From the NCBI GenBank assembly GCA_905479995.1, contig CAJQON010000002.1, forward strand, positions 35,263-99,262: a stretch of DNA of 64,000 bases. Direction: 5' to 3'. The notes beneath the pieces are model-generated. The model had not been told where the DNA came from. It searched no databases and saw nothing but the letters and a program-made list of their open reading frames with translations. A program made the position numbers and the translations under genes. This stretch comes from an uncultured Flavobacteriales bacterium. GTDB taxonomy: Bacteria > Bacteroidota > Bacteroidia > Flavobacteriales_E > Vicingaceae. Of the stretch, positions 1 through 9,748 are shown in pieces; the stretch's first letter is position 1; each line of letters opens with the position of its first letter.

Positions 1-569
1 CCCACATTTAAAGAGATAGCTTCAAAGTATGTTTGTCCTGCTGGCGGTTCATGTATCCAGAATGCAAAGAGCATAATTCCAAAAATATCAGACAGGGTAG
101 CTTCCAAAATCATAAATTCCTTTTTGGCAGGAATTAATGTATGAACACTTGGTATTACAATGGCACTACTAACTACTGAAAGTGGTATTGCATATAAAAA
201 TGCATCCATAAATTCAATGCTCTGCGTAAAGTAAAGTATAGAAGCAATTAATGAATTAGTAATTCCTAAAATTAATACTGACGTAAATAGAGCGGCTATT
301 ATAGTTCTAATTTTGTTCCGATGAATTTTAATATCTAAAGCCCCTTCTAAAACAATCATCATTAACCCTACTATACCTAACAAACCTAAAGAGTTTTCCA
401 ATTCAGGTATTGCAATGTCCATCGATTTTACGGCAAACTGCAAACCTATTCCCGTACCTATTAAAAAGATAACTGCCGGTATTTTGGTGTACTTAGATAT
501 TTGAGTAAAAATATACGAGAAGATAATTAACAAACTCGCAAATATGATAACTACGTAAGGATTATCCAT
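1..569 (-). CDS. Cation:proton antiporter (Na+/H+ exchanger family); N-terminal ~189 codons, gene runs off the window start
   Basis: Not in the ORF track because it is truncated. My reverse-strand translation from ATG 569-567 is open to position 1: MDNPYVVIIFASLLIIFSYIFTQISKYTKIPAVIFLIGTGIGLQ...MMIVLEGALDIK...ILEATLSDIFGIMLFAFW. It is multi-TM and resembles CPA-type exchanger N-termini. Confidence 0.6.
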   Translation of the reverse strand, partial: MDNPYVVIIFASLLIIFSYIFTQISKYTKIPAVIFLIGTGIGLQFAVKSMDIAIPELENSLGLLGIVGLMMIVLEGALDIKIHRNKIRTIIAALFTSVLILGITNSLIASILYFTQSIEFMDAFLYAIPLSVVSSAIVIPSVHTLIPAKKEFMILEATLSDIFGIMLFAFWIHEPPAGQTYFEAISLNV

Positions 570-754
570 TCGTCTAATTTTAATTCAAAATTAACAAAAA
601 CAGATTGGCTTCTTGGCGTTTAAAACTAATTTAAATCTGCAATTCTTTTAATGTTTAAGAACTTAATTTTACTATTCATTTTTATCATTAAAAAAATGCA
701 ATAGATTCTAAATGTGTCGTCTTATTAATCAAAGCCCTTAACAATAGGTTTTAA

Positions 755-1294
755 ATGAATTTAGAATCAGAGAATAGAAAAAAACTTAAGGAATTTTTTG
801 GCGAAGAGTATAATTCGCTAAAAAATTATGTTAACTCTAGAATAAGGGAAACTGCAAATAGAAGTGCAGAGGATATTATTCAAGATGTAGCATTGAAACT
901 ATTTTCTGGAGCGGATAGATATGGTCCTATTAATAATGTAGCTGGTTTTGTATATCGCTCAATGAGAAACAAAATCATTGACGTTATGCGAACCAATAAA
1001 CCAACAGAATCAATAGAAGGTGAATCTGAATTAGCAGATTTGGTAGAAATGCTAGATCAATCAGCAGATAATCATCCTTCTGAAAAGATGATAGGTATTT
1101 TAAAAGCTTCTATTGACGAACTGAAACCACAATATAGAGATATAATTATTGCCATAGATTTTGAAGGATATACCTACAAGGAGATAGCTTCGGAAACAGG
1201 AATCCCTCAAGGAACACTAATGTCTAGAAGACATAGGGCGATAGGAATATTATATAAAAAATTAAATAAAGAAATTAATAACAATAAAATTTAA
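755..1294 (+). CDS. ECF-type RNA polymerase sigma-70 family factor
   Basis: 179 aa. Region 2-like EDIIQDVALKLF...FVYRSMRNKIIDVMR and region 4 HTH YRDIIIAIDFEGYTYKEIASETGIPQGTLMSRRHRA. Confidence 0.85.
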   Translation: MNLESENRKKLKEFFGEEYNSLKNYVNSRIRETANRSAEDIIQDVALKLFSGADRYGPINNVAGFVYRSMRNKIIDVMRTNKPTESIEGESELADLVEMLDQSADNHPSEKMIGILKASIDELKPQYRDIIIAIDFEGYTYKEIASETGIPQGTLMSRRHRAIGILYKKLNKEINNNKI

Positions 1295-1298
1295 CACT

Positions 1299-1712
1299 AT
1301 GAAAAATTTTTTCACGCATAAAATGCGAAACAAATCTCCTCTAGAAATTGTTGGAATGGTAATATTTGGAGTCGTTGCTATAACAGGATTAGCCATTTTA
1401 TTTGGCTTTGTAATTATGTGGCTTTGGAATTGGTTAATGCCAGAAATTTTTGGGCTAACTACACTTACTTATTGGCAAGCTGTCGGGCTATTTATTCTAC
1501 TTAAATTTTTAGTAGGTGGTTGCGGAAGAAGTGGTAAAAAATCTTGTAAAGAGTCGGATAAAAAAGGCAAAAATAAATCTAAAACAGATTTTTCTAAATG
1601 GGAGCATTATGATGAATTCTGGAAAGATGAAGGAGACGAACTCTACGCTAAATACTTGGAAAAAAGATTTAACCCTTCAGGTTCTGATGATTTGAATATA
1701 GAAGAGAAGTAA
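1299..1712 (+). CDS. Two-TM membrane protein with a Lys-rich tail; candidate partner (anti-sigma?) of the ECF sigma
   Basis: Starts 4 nt after the sigma stop. Two hydrophobic helices (IVGMVIFGVVAITGLAILFGFVIMWLW, YWQAVGLFILLKFLV), then KKSCKESDKKGKNKSK and an acidic C-terminus. No HxxxCxxC ZAS motif. Confidence 0.55.
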   Translation: MKNFFTHKMRNKSPLEIVGMVIFGVVAITGLAILFGFVIMWLWNWLMPEIFGLTTLTYWQAVGLFILLKFLVGGCGRSGKKSCKESDKKGKNKSKTDFSKWEHYDEFWKDEGDELYAKYLEKRFNPSGSDDLNIEEK

Positions 1713-1732
1713 ACCTTATAAAACACTGTATT

Positions 1733-1951
1733 ATGCAAGTATTAGTATTTCGATCAAATATTGAATCAAAAGAAAAAACTAAATCTTTAGAGCCTCTATT
1801 GGACACTCATAAAGATGTGATAAACTGGTCAATCGATCATGAAGACTGGGATAATGTAATTAGAATAGTGGGGTCAAAAAATCTAACTGAAGCCGATGTA
1901 ATTAACATGATAAGGACGAATGGGTTTTACATTGAACCATTGCTTGAATAA
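1733..1951 (+). CDS. Small hypothetical protein (72 aa), third gene of the sigma cluster
   Basis: ATG ORF 20 nt after the previous stop, same strand, soluble alpha/beta-looking sequence. No motif I can name. Confidence 0.5.
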   Translation: MQVLVFRSNIESKEKTKSLEPLLDTHKDVINWSIDHEDWDNVIRIVGSKNLTEADVINMIRTNGFYIEPLLE

Positions 1952-1959
1952 GATTATAA

Positions 1960-4900
1960 TTAACCTGCAACTACCTTCTTCTCAACAATAGGGTCTAACA
2001 ATTCTATAGCTTGTAGCACATTGTTTACATTTTCGAAAACCAATGTCAATTTTTCATTACGCTCTTTCATCTTACATGTATGAGGGTTATTTTGAATGTA
2101 GTTTAGGACTTTAGTGAATTTTGATGACTGATAATACGGAGAATCTTGATTGGAAATAAAATAACCAATTAACTTTTTTTGTTTTAGCACCAATTTTTCC
2201 AATCCAATATCTTTGGCTAACCACCTTAAACGAATAGCATTAAATAGTTCTTGAGTAGGTTTTGGTATTTCACCAAAACGATCAATTAATGCTTCCTTAA
2301 TTTCATCCAGTCCCTCATCAGTTGTAACTTCATCCAAATCTCTATAAATGCTTAAACGTTCACCAATATTAGCAATGTATTGATCGGGGATCATAATCTC
2401 GAAGTCTGTTTCTAACTGACAGTCTTTAACAAAATCCTTATTCTTTAATTCCTCAGCATACAAATTTTTAAAATCTGTTTCTTTCAACTCTTCAATGGCT
2501 TCTTGTAGAATTTTCTGATACATATCGAAACCTATTTCCGAAATAAATCCACTTTGTTCACCTCCCAATAAATTACCAGCACCTCTAATATCCAAATCTC
2601 TCATAGCAATTTGAAACCCACTTCCTAAATCAGAGAACTGCTCTATTGCAGTCAATCTTTTTCTAGCTTCTGGAGTTAAGTTATGCATAGGTGGAGCCAT
2701 TAAGTAACAAAATGCCTTTTTGTTAGATCGACCAACTCTACCTCTCATTTGGTGCAAATCGCTTAATCCAAAATGATTGGCGTTGTTAATTATAATAGTA
2801 TTTGCATTCGGAATGTCTAAACCAGACTCTATAATGGTGGTGGCAATTAACACATCATATTCTCCTTCTACAAAGGCCGACATTTTTTGCTCTAGTTCAT
2901 CGCCTTTCATTTGACCGTGGGCAATTAATGTTTTTACATCTGGACATAATCGCTGAATCATCCCTGCAATTTCTTTTATGTTTTCTATCCTATTATTTAC
3001 CACAAAAACTTGCCCTCCACGAGCTACTTCATAGGCAATGGCATCTCTAAAAACTTCTTCGCTAAAGCTAACCATCTTAGTATCTACTGGCTGCCTGTTT
3101 GGCGGTGCTGTATTTATGTTAGATAAATCTCTAGCAGCCATTAACGAAAACTGTAAGGTTCTTGGAATTGGAGTAGCCGTAAGAGTCAATGTATCTACAT
3201 TTGTTTTAATGGTTTTTAGCTTGTCTTTTACCGATACACCAAACTTCTGTTCTTCATCAATAATCAATAAGCCTAAATCTTTAAAGGAAACATCTTTTCC
3301 TACAATCCGATGTGTTCCAATTAAAATATCCACTTCACCAGTAGCTAGTTTTGCCAAAGTTTCTTTTTGCTGTTTAGCTGTTTTAAAACGATTGATGTAA
3401 TCTACCTTACAAGGAAAATCTTCCAACCGTTTTTTAAATGTTTTATAATGTTGTAAAGCTAAAATTGTTGTGGGAACCAATACTGCAACTTGTTTACTGT
3501 CATTAACTGCTTTAAAAGCAGCTCTAATGGCAACCTCTGTTTTACCGAAACCAACATCACCACAAATCAACCGATCCATCGGATATTCGGCTTCCATATC
3601 TTTTTTAATGTCGTTGGTAGCTTTTAGCTGATCAGGAGTATCTTCATAAATAAAAGAAGCCTCTAACTCATTTTGCAAATAAGTATCGGGCATAAATTGA
3701 AAGCCTTTTTTCGATTTTCGTTCTGCATAAAGCTTAATTAAATCAAAAGCAACCTCTTTAATTTTTGTTTTGGTTTTCTTTTTAAGCGTTTGCCATTTAT
3801 TAGAACCCAATCGATTTACGGTTGGAGGAGTTCCATCTTTACCAACAAACTTTGATATTTTGTGCAGCGAGTGAATGCTCACATACAACAAATCGTTATT
3901 GGAATATACAATACGAATGGTTTCTTGCTTTTTGCCTTGAACATCAATTTTTTCAAGACCTGAAAACTTTCCTACTCCATGGTCAATATGAGTAATAAAA
4001 TCGCCAGGTGATAAGCCATGAATTTCTTTAAGCGTTAAAGCTTCATTTTTCTTTTTATAACTACTCTTTAGGTTAAACTTTTGGTAACGATTAAATACTT
4101 GATGATCTGTATAAACTGTTATTTTTTCATCTAAATCTACAAACCCTTCATGTATAGGAAGTAATATATATTTAGCTTCCAGTTCAAGCTCTTTGTCTTC
4201 AAATATATTTTGTAGTCGTTCTACTTGCTTACTACTATCTGCAACAATAACATTAGTAAAACCTTCTTTTACTTTTGCTCCAATGTCTTCAAACAGTAAA
4301 TCGAAATTTTTGTTGAAACTCGGTTGTGGCTTCTGATTAAATTTTACCTCAAGATCATTAACTAAGTAAAATTGAGAGCCAAATTCTACGGTATTCTTTT
4401 TTTCAATTTCTGTTAAGAACAAATCCTTCGAACAAAAAAGTTCCTCTGGCTTTAAGTGCTTTAAAGGAGATTCTACTTGCTCCTCGTAAGCCTCTATGGC
4501 TTTATCAAAATCTTTTTTTAATTGTTGACTGGTTAATTCTATATTTTTTGCCCAAACGATGCTGGTTTTAGGTAAAAACTCTAAAAATGTTTCTCTATTC
4601 TCTTTAATTAATGTGGTTTGAACATTCGGTATTATCGCAATCTTTTTATACTCTTTAATACTCAATTGAGTTACCGGATCAAAGGTTCTAATTGATTCTA
4701 CTTCATCGCCAAAAAACTCTATTCGATAGGGATGATTATTCGAAAAGGAAAAGACATCTACTATTCCTCCCCTTATAGAAAACTGACCTGGTTCAATAAC
4801 AAAATCTTCTCTAAAAAACCCATACTCGTAAAGCACTTCATTTATAAAGTCTAACGACAGCTCATCTCCAACGTTTATTCTAGTCGTATTTTTTTCCAAA

Positions 4901-5313
4901 TTACGTTTGGTAACTACTTTTTCAGATAAGGCATCTGGGTAGGTTACCACACACTTTGTACTACTCCTTTTAGCCAAAGCATTTAGTACTTCTGCACGAA
5001 GTAAAATATTAGAATTGTCCGTTTCTTCTATTTGATAAGGCCGTCTGTAAGAGCTTGGAAAAAACAACACTTTTTCGTCACCCACAACACGTTGCAAATC
5101 ATTGTAAAAATAAGCAGCCTCTTCTTTATCGTCTAAAATAAAAACTTGGTCAACAGGAAATTGCTCAAAAACGCCATTTCCTAAAAATGAAACCGAAGAA
5201 CCTACTAAACCTTGGGCATGAATGTGCGACAATTCAACGTTTTCGAATTGTGTTACAATTTGTTTTGTACGAGAGGAGTTAGCAAAAACTGCCTTTAAAT
5301 CTAACGCTTTCAT
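1960..5313 (-). CDS. mfd: Transcription-repair coupling factor
   Basis: 1117 aa. Helicase motif I GDVGFGKTEVAIRAAF, DEEQKFGV, TATPIPRTL, QMRGRVGRS and a C-terminal TRCF-like region. Confidence 0.95.
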   Translation of the reverse strand: MKALDLKAVFANSSRTKQIVTQFENVELSHIHAQGLVGSSVSFLGNGVFEQFPVDQVFILDDKEEAAYFYNDLQRVVGDEKVLFFPSSYRRPYQIEETDNSNILLRAEVLNALAKRSSTKCVVTYPDALSEKVVTKRNLEKNTTRINVGDELSLDFINEVLYEYGFFREDFVIEPGQFSIRGGIVDVFSFSNNHPYRIEFFGDEVESIRTFDPVTQLSIKEYKKIAIIPNVQTTLIKENRETFLEFLPKTSIVWAKNIELTSQQLKKDFDKAIEAYEEQVESPLKHLKPEELFCSKDLFLTEIEKKNTVEFGSQFYLVNDLEVKFNQKPQPSFNKNFDLLFEDIGAKVKEGFTNVIVADSSKQVERLQNIFEDKELELEAKYILLPIHEGFVDLDEKITVYTDHQVFNRYQKFNLKSSYKKKNEALTLKEIHGLSPGDFITHIDHGVGKFSGLEKIDVQGKKQETIRIVYSNNDLLYVSIHSLHKISKFVGKDGTPPTVNRLGSNKWQTLKKKTKTKIKEVAFDLIKLYAERKSKKGFQFMPDTYLQNELEASFIYEDTPDQLKATNDIKKDMEAEYPMDRLICGDVGFGKTEVAIRAAFKAVNDSKQVAVLVPTTILALQHYKTFKKRLEDFPCKVDYINRFKTAKQQKETLAKLATGEVDILIGTHRIVGKDVSFKDLGLLIIDEEQKFGVSVKDKLKTIKTNVDTLTLTATPIPRTLQFSLMAARDLSNINTAPPNRQPVDTKMVSFSEEVFRDAIAYEVARGGQVFVVNNRIENIKEIAGMIQRLCPDVKTLIAHGQMKGDELEQKMSAFVEGEYDVLIATTIIESGLDIPNANTIIINNANHFGLSDLHQMRGRVGRSNKKAFCYLMAPPMHNLTPEARKRLTAIEQFSDLGSGFQIAMRDLDIRGAGNLLGGEQSGFISEIGFDMYQKILQEAIEELKETDFKNLYAEELKNKDFVKDCQLETDFEIMIPDQYIANIGERLSIYRDLDEVTTDEGLDEIKEALIDRFGEIPKPTQELFNAIRLRWLAKDIGLEKLVLKQKKLIGYFISNQDSPYYQSSKFTKVLNYIQNNPHTCKMKERNEKLTLVFENVNNVLQAIELLDPIVEKKVVAG

Positions 5314-5378
5314 AGATTTATAAAATTAACATTTAATGCGGGATTGATGTTTTATATTTTTATTAATTTTAGTTTTGA

Positions 5379-5819
5379 ATGATGAAAAAACTACTACTAC
5401 TTTCTTCCTTTCTTCTAATTGGATTTTCTTGCTTTACCCAAAGTAATTCTAATAATACTAAAGCGCGAAAATTAACTTACAGCGATTTTACAGCAGAGTT
5501 TGGTATTAACGATACAGCAAATGCTATAATTGACATTTTTTTTGACAAGCGTGAAAATGCAGCACTAGGTGAAATGTCGTTTCTGCCTATAAGTCTTGTT
5601 TTAGCTGTAATACCGCAAACAAGAATAGTTGGAGTAGGAACAGCGATAATAAGCCTTCCGCTTTTTGCACATGGATTATACACCCTACTTAAGTTTAGAA
5701 AAAAGAAATTAGTACTAATCTTATTAGAATATAAGTCAACCAAAGAACTGCCTAACTGGGTTAGAAAAAAAGTAAATAAACAGTTGGCGCTCTATAAAAT
5801 AATAGAACGAGAGTATTAG
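5379..5819 (+). CDS. Hypothetical membrane protein with signal peptide
   Basis: MMKKLLLLSSFLLIGFSCFTQ leader plus two further hydrophobic segments. Its 3' end overlaps the convergent neighbour by 4 nt. Confidence 0.5.
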   Translation: MMKKLLLLSSFLLIGFSCFTQSNSNNTKARKLTYSDFTAEFGINDTANAIIDIFFDKRENAALGEMSFLPISLVLAVIPQTRIVGVGTAIISLPLFAHGLYTLLKFRKKKLVLILLEYKSTKELPNWVRKKVNKQLALYKIIEREY

Positions 5820-6925
5820 GGAGTTCCGTATTCAGCTCCTTTTAATATTCCATTGTTGTTGTAATAAAGGAGTACCTTAAAATTTTCTTTAGCCTCTAAA
5901 CCCTCGGGCTTCCATTCCACATCAATTCTTATTAAATTATTAAACAAATCAGAGAACTGAACTTTTACAAGACTATTAGGTGAAGTAGACAAATCAATTA
6001 CATCTTTGTTTGTAGAATAGTGATACGTATCTTCAAAAGCCAACTTAATTTCAGTTGGGTTAGACTTTAAAACTGAATCAATTATAGCAACTGAAATCTC
6101 TTCATTTTTTGCTTTCTCAATAAAAGAAAAAATTTCTAACCCATTAAAAGTCTTGCTTATGTTAAATTGAAAAACATCTTTTTTATCGAAGTTCTTTTTA
6201 AAACGTTGAGCCAACTTAAAAGAAGTTCCAAAATGAGCTTTTGCATTTTTTCTAAACAAATAGTTGCTGGCCAAATAGTCAACTGCCTGGATGTAATAAT
6301 TTTGATGGTGCTGCTTACTAGAATCCAACTCGTTATGCTTAATTAGTTCTGCTGACTCAACAATTATAGTATCATTTTTCGCGTAAATGGTATCAGTATT
6401 CAACATAGGTTCATCACCAAAACCATCACCTTTAACCAAAACTCCATTTTTATAGATCGATTTTATTTTTTTGTTATTTTGATCTGGAGTATACCATTGT
6501 TTATTTCGTTTCCCTGCCTTATATCGGCCATAACGTTTTAAGTATTTATATGCCCAATACCCCTCTTTTATTCCTTCTTCATAAACTCCTTTTACCAAAA
6601 TAATTCCATCTTCACCATACCAAGTCCATTCTCCATTAATTTTACCATTAGAAAACACCGTTTTTACTTTTAACTTACCAGAAGGATAATAAACCTTGTA
6701 AATTCCGTTTTGAACTCCTCTAGCTGTATTTTTTTCAATAGCGACTTGAGATGTATCGTTGGCAAATACAGCTATATTTTTTTTGTAATAACCGGCAGAA
6801 ATAACCGGTTGATATATCACATTAAGAGTTTCAGTAATTGTATCTAACTGAACAACTTCTTTTACCACTTGAGCGTGCGTAAAAAATGGTAGTAAAACGA
6901 CAATAAATGTAAGTAGCTTTTTCAA
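5816..6925 (-). CDS. Secreted MORN-variant (YwqK-like) repeat protein
   Basis: Signal peptide MKKLLTFIVVLLPFFTHAQ. Repeats of the type GIYKVYYPSGKLKVKTVFSNGKINGEWTWYGEDGIILVKGVYEEGIKEGYW. The C-terminal half is unassigned. Confidence 0.6.
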   Translation of the reverse strand: MKKLLTFIVVLLPFFTHAQVVKEVVQLDTITETLNVIYQPVISAGYYKKNIAVFANDTSQVAIEKNTARGVQNGIYKVYYPSGKLKVKTVFSNGKINGEWTWYGEDGIILVKGVYEEGIKEGYWAYKYLKRYGRYKAGKRNKQWYTPDQNNKKIKSIYKNGVLVKGDGFGDEPMLNTDTIYAKNDTIIVESAELIKHNELDSSKQHHQNYYIQAVDYLASNYLFRKNAKAHFGTSFKLAQRFKKNFDKKDVFQFNISKTFNGLEIFSFIEKAKNEEISVAIIDSVLKSNPTEIKLAFEDTYHYSTNKDVIDLSTSPNSLVKVQFSDLFNNLIRIDVEWKPEGLEAKENFKVLLYYNNNGILKGAEYGTP

Positions 6926-6945
6926 ATTATTAAATCTTCTAAAGA

Positions 6946-7950
6946 TTAGCCATATTTCTCTATCATCTCCAAAACCTTGCCAACCATATTTTTTGAACCC
7001 ATTAAAGCTGGAACTCTTTGATGAAGTTCAGTAGGTTGAATCTCCATAATTCTTTCGTAACCAGTAGTAGCAATTCCACCAGCTTGCTCTACAATAAATG
7101 CCATAGGATTACATTCGTACAATAAACGCAATTTACCATCTGGCGATCCAGCGGTTGCAGGATAACAAAAAACGCCTCCCTTTATTAAGTTTCTATGAAT
7201 ATCGGCTACCATTGAAGCAATATATCGACAAGAATAAGGTCTCCCTGTAGAAGGATCATCTTCTTTTACCCAGTCGCAATATTTTTTCAAACCTTCAGTA
7301 AACGTATTGTAGTTTCCTTCATTAAACGAATATAAGCGACCATCTTCTGGAGCTTTCATGTCAGGGTGCGATAAACAATACTCTCCAATTCCTGGATCTA
7401 ATGTAAAACCATTTACTCCTTTACCAGTAGTGTACACCAACATAGTTGACGAACCATAAATTACATAACCAGCAGCTACTTGCTCTGTTCCTTTTTGTAA
7501 AAAATCTTCTTTTGTTCCAGCTCCTTCAGTAGAAAGTCTTCTGTAAATTGAAAAAATTGTTCCTACCGAAACATTTACATCAATATTTGAAGAACCATCC
7601 AACGGATCGAAAGTAACCACATATTTTGCGTCTCTAGAACCTTCATTATCAAATGGCAAATAATCATCATTCTCTTCAGAAGCTATGGCACAAACCTCAC
7701 CACCATTCCTAAAAGCATCAATAAACTGATTATCAGCATAAACATCTAGTTTTTGCTGTTCCTCACCCTGTACATTGGTGTTACCAATAGCACCCAGAAT
7801 ATCAACTAATCCGGCTTTATTAATTTCTTTATTAATTACTTTAGATGCTACTCCAATATCACTCAACAATTGACTTAATTCTCCGGTAGCAAAAGGGAAA
7901 TCTGCCTGTCTGTTGTGTATAAATTCGTTTAAGGTTGTTACTTTACTCAT
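6946..7950 (-). CDS. fbp: Fructose-1,6-bisphosphatase, class 1
   Basis: 334 aa. [46 protein letters not shown]. Confidence 0.93.
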   Translation of the reverse strand: MSKVTTLNEFIHNRQADFPFATGELSQLLSDIGVASKVINKEINKAGLVDILGAIGNTNVQGEEQQKLDVYADNQFIDAFRNGGEVCAIASEENDDYLPFDNEGSRDAKYVVTFDPLDGSSNIDVNVSVGTIFSIYRRLSTEGAGTKEDFLQKGTEQVAAGYVIYGSSTMLVYTTGKGVNGFTLDPGIGEYCLSHPDMKAPEDGRLYSFNEGNYNTFTEGLKKYCDWVKEDDPSTGRPYSCRYIASMVADIHRNLIKGGVFCYPATAGSPDGKLRLLYECNPMAFIVEQAGGIATTGYERIMEIQPTELHQRVPALMGSKNMVGKVLEMIEKYG

Positions 7951-8033
7951 ATGCTTATTTTAGATGATGCAAAGTAAAGAATTTAAGCTTACATCCTTTT
8001 AGGTTTTAGTAAGTTTTAACCTACATTTGTTCA

Positions 8034-8483
8034 ATGGATATTAACATTCGAAAAGCCACAAAACAAGATCTCCCTGAAATTTTAGATTTAATTATGGAGT
8101 TGGCTGCCTATGAAAATGCTCCAGAACAAGTAACCATTTCACTAAAACAATTGGAGGAAGATGGATTTGGCACATCGCCACTGTTTTGGATAATAATTGC
8201 AGAAGATTCTGCACAAATTGTAGGAATGAGTTTTTACTACATTCGTTATTCCACTTGGAAAGGCAAGTGTTTATACTTAGAAGATTTAGTAGTAAAAGAA
8301 ACCATGAGAAAAGAAGGTATTGGAAAATTATTGTTTGATGCCACGCTTGAGGAAGCAAAAAAAATGAACGCAAAATTGATGAATTGGCAAGTATTAGATT
8401 GGAATGAACCAGCCATTTCGTTTTACAAAAAATACAATGCAATGTTGGATGAGGAATGGATCAACGGAAAAATAATTTTATGA
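8034..8483 (+). CDS. GNAT family N-acetyltransferase
   Basis: 149 aa. LEDLVVKETMRKEGIGKLLF acetyl-CoA binding motif. The stop overlaps the lysC start (ATGA). Confidence 0.85.
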   Translation: MDINIRKATKQDLPEILDLIMELAAYENAPEQVTISLKQLEEDGFGTSPLFWIIIAEDSAQIVGMSFYYIRYSTWKGKCLYLEDLVVKETMRKEGIGKLLFDATLEEAKKMNAKLMNWQVLDWNEPAISFYKKYNAMLDEEWINGKIIL

Positions 8484-9748
8484 AAGTTTTTAAGTTTGGA
8501 GGTGCTTCGGTTAAGAATGCTGATGCTGTAAAGAATGTAAAAGAGGTTATTGATCTTTTTAAGGAAAATTTAGTGGTGGTTATTTCTGCTATGGGTAAAA
8601 CTACCAATGGATTAGAAAAAGTAGTTTCATCTTATTTAAACAAGGATGGTAAAACACAAGAAAACTTACAAGTTGTAAAAGATTTTCACTTGACTATATT
8701 AAATGATTTATTTGCAAATAAAAGTCACTCCATATTTACTGATATTCACAACACTTTTGTAGAAATAGAGTGGGAAATTGAAGATGAAGCAGTTCGAGAA
8801 TATGACTACATTTACGATCAAATTGTGTCTGTAGGAGAACTTCTATCTACCAAAATTGTGAGTGCCTACTTAAATGAAGTTGGTGTTAAAAACAACTGGA
8901 CAGACAGTAGAAACATGATTCTTACCGACAACACCTACAGGAATGCTAAGGTTGATTGGGAACAAACAGAAAAACTAATTACTCAGTGTATCGATCCTCT
9001 TATTAAACCTGGTGCTCAAAACATTATTATTACTCAGGGATTTATTGGTTCAAGCTCAGAGTTATTTACTACAACCTTGGGTCGTGAAGGTTCTGATTTT
9101 AGTGCCGGAATTTTGGCACATTGCTTAAATGCAGAAAGCGTGACCATTTGGAAAGATGTTCCAGGAATGTTAAATGCTGATCCTAAATGGTTTGATGTAA
9201 CCGAAAAATTGAATAACATCTCTTACCATGAAGCAGTGGAACTTGCCTACTATGGCGCATCGGTTATTCACCCAAAAACAATAAAGCCTTTACACAATAA
9301 GCAAATACCTTTGTTTGTAAAATCTTTTGTTAACCCAAAAGAGGATGGAACGATAATTAATGATAATAGTACTGAAGACTCTTTAATTCCATCATTCATT
9401 TTTAAAATGGAACAGGTATTGATTTCTATATCAGCCAAAGATTATTCATTTGTTATGGAAGATAATTTGAGTCACATTTTTGGGTTATTCTCAGATCTTG
9501 GAGTTAAAATTAACTTAATGCAAAATGCTGCTATTAGCTTTTCTGTTTGTGTAGATTTTGATCAACAAAAAACACTTCCATTAATAGAACTGCTTAGAAA
9601 AGATTATAAAGTATTGTACAATGAAAACTTAGAACTGGTTACGATTAGACATTATGACGACAAAACGATAGAACGTGTTACTGGGAATAAAACCATTATT
9701 GTAGAGCAAAAAAGTAGGAATACTGCCCGATTTGTCATGAGGGATTAA
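8480..9748 (+). CDS. lysC: Aspartate kinase
   Basis: MKVFKFGGASVKNADAVKNV from ATG 8480 (the track ORF starts upstream at 8456). Also ITQGFIGS, LGREGSDFSA and C-terminal ACT-like repeats. Confidence 0.9.
   Translation: MKVFKFGGASVKNADAVKNVKEVIDLFKENLVVVISAMGKTTNGLEKVVSSYLNKDGKTQENLQVVKDFHLTILNDLFANKSHSIFTDIHNTFVEIEWEIEDEAVREYDYIYDQIVSVGELLSTKIVSAYLNEVGVKNNWTDSRNMILTDNTYRNAKVDWEQTEKLITQCIDPLIKPGAQNIIITQGFIGSSSELFTTTLGREGSDFSAGILAHCLNAESVTIWKDVPGMLNADPKWFDVTEKLNNISYHEAVELAYYGASVIHPKTIKPLHNKQIPLFVKSFVNPKEDGTIINDNSTEDSLIPSFIFKMEQVLISISAKDYSFVMEDNLSHIFGLFSDLGVKINLMQNAAISFSVCVDFDQQKTLPLIELLRKDYKVLYNENLELVTIRHYDDKTIERVTGNKTIIVEQKSRNTARFVMRD

Noticed and set aside
3038-3400. 120-aa plus-strand ORF
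   Set aside because: Antisense within mfd, which is continuous and strongly motif-supported across the region.
7951-8479. Possible lysine riboswitch or leader upstream of lysC
   Set aside because: lysC overlaps the preceding GNAT gene (ATGA), so there is no leader. The 83-bp spacer before the GNAT gene shows no L-box-like conserved helices.
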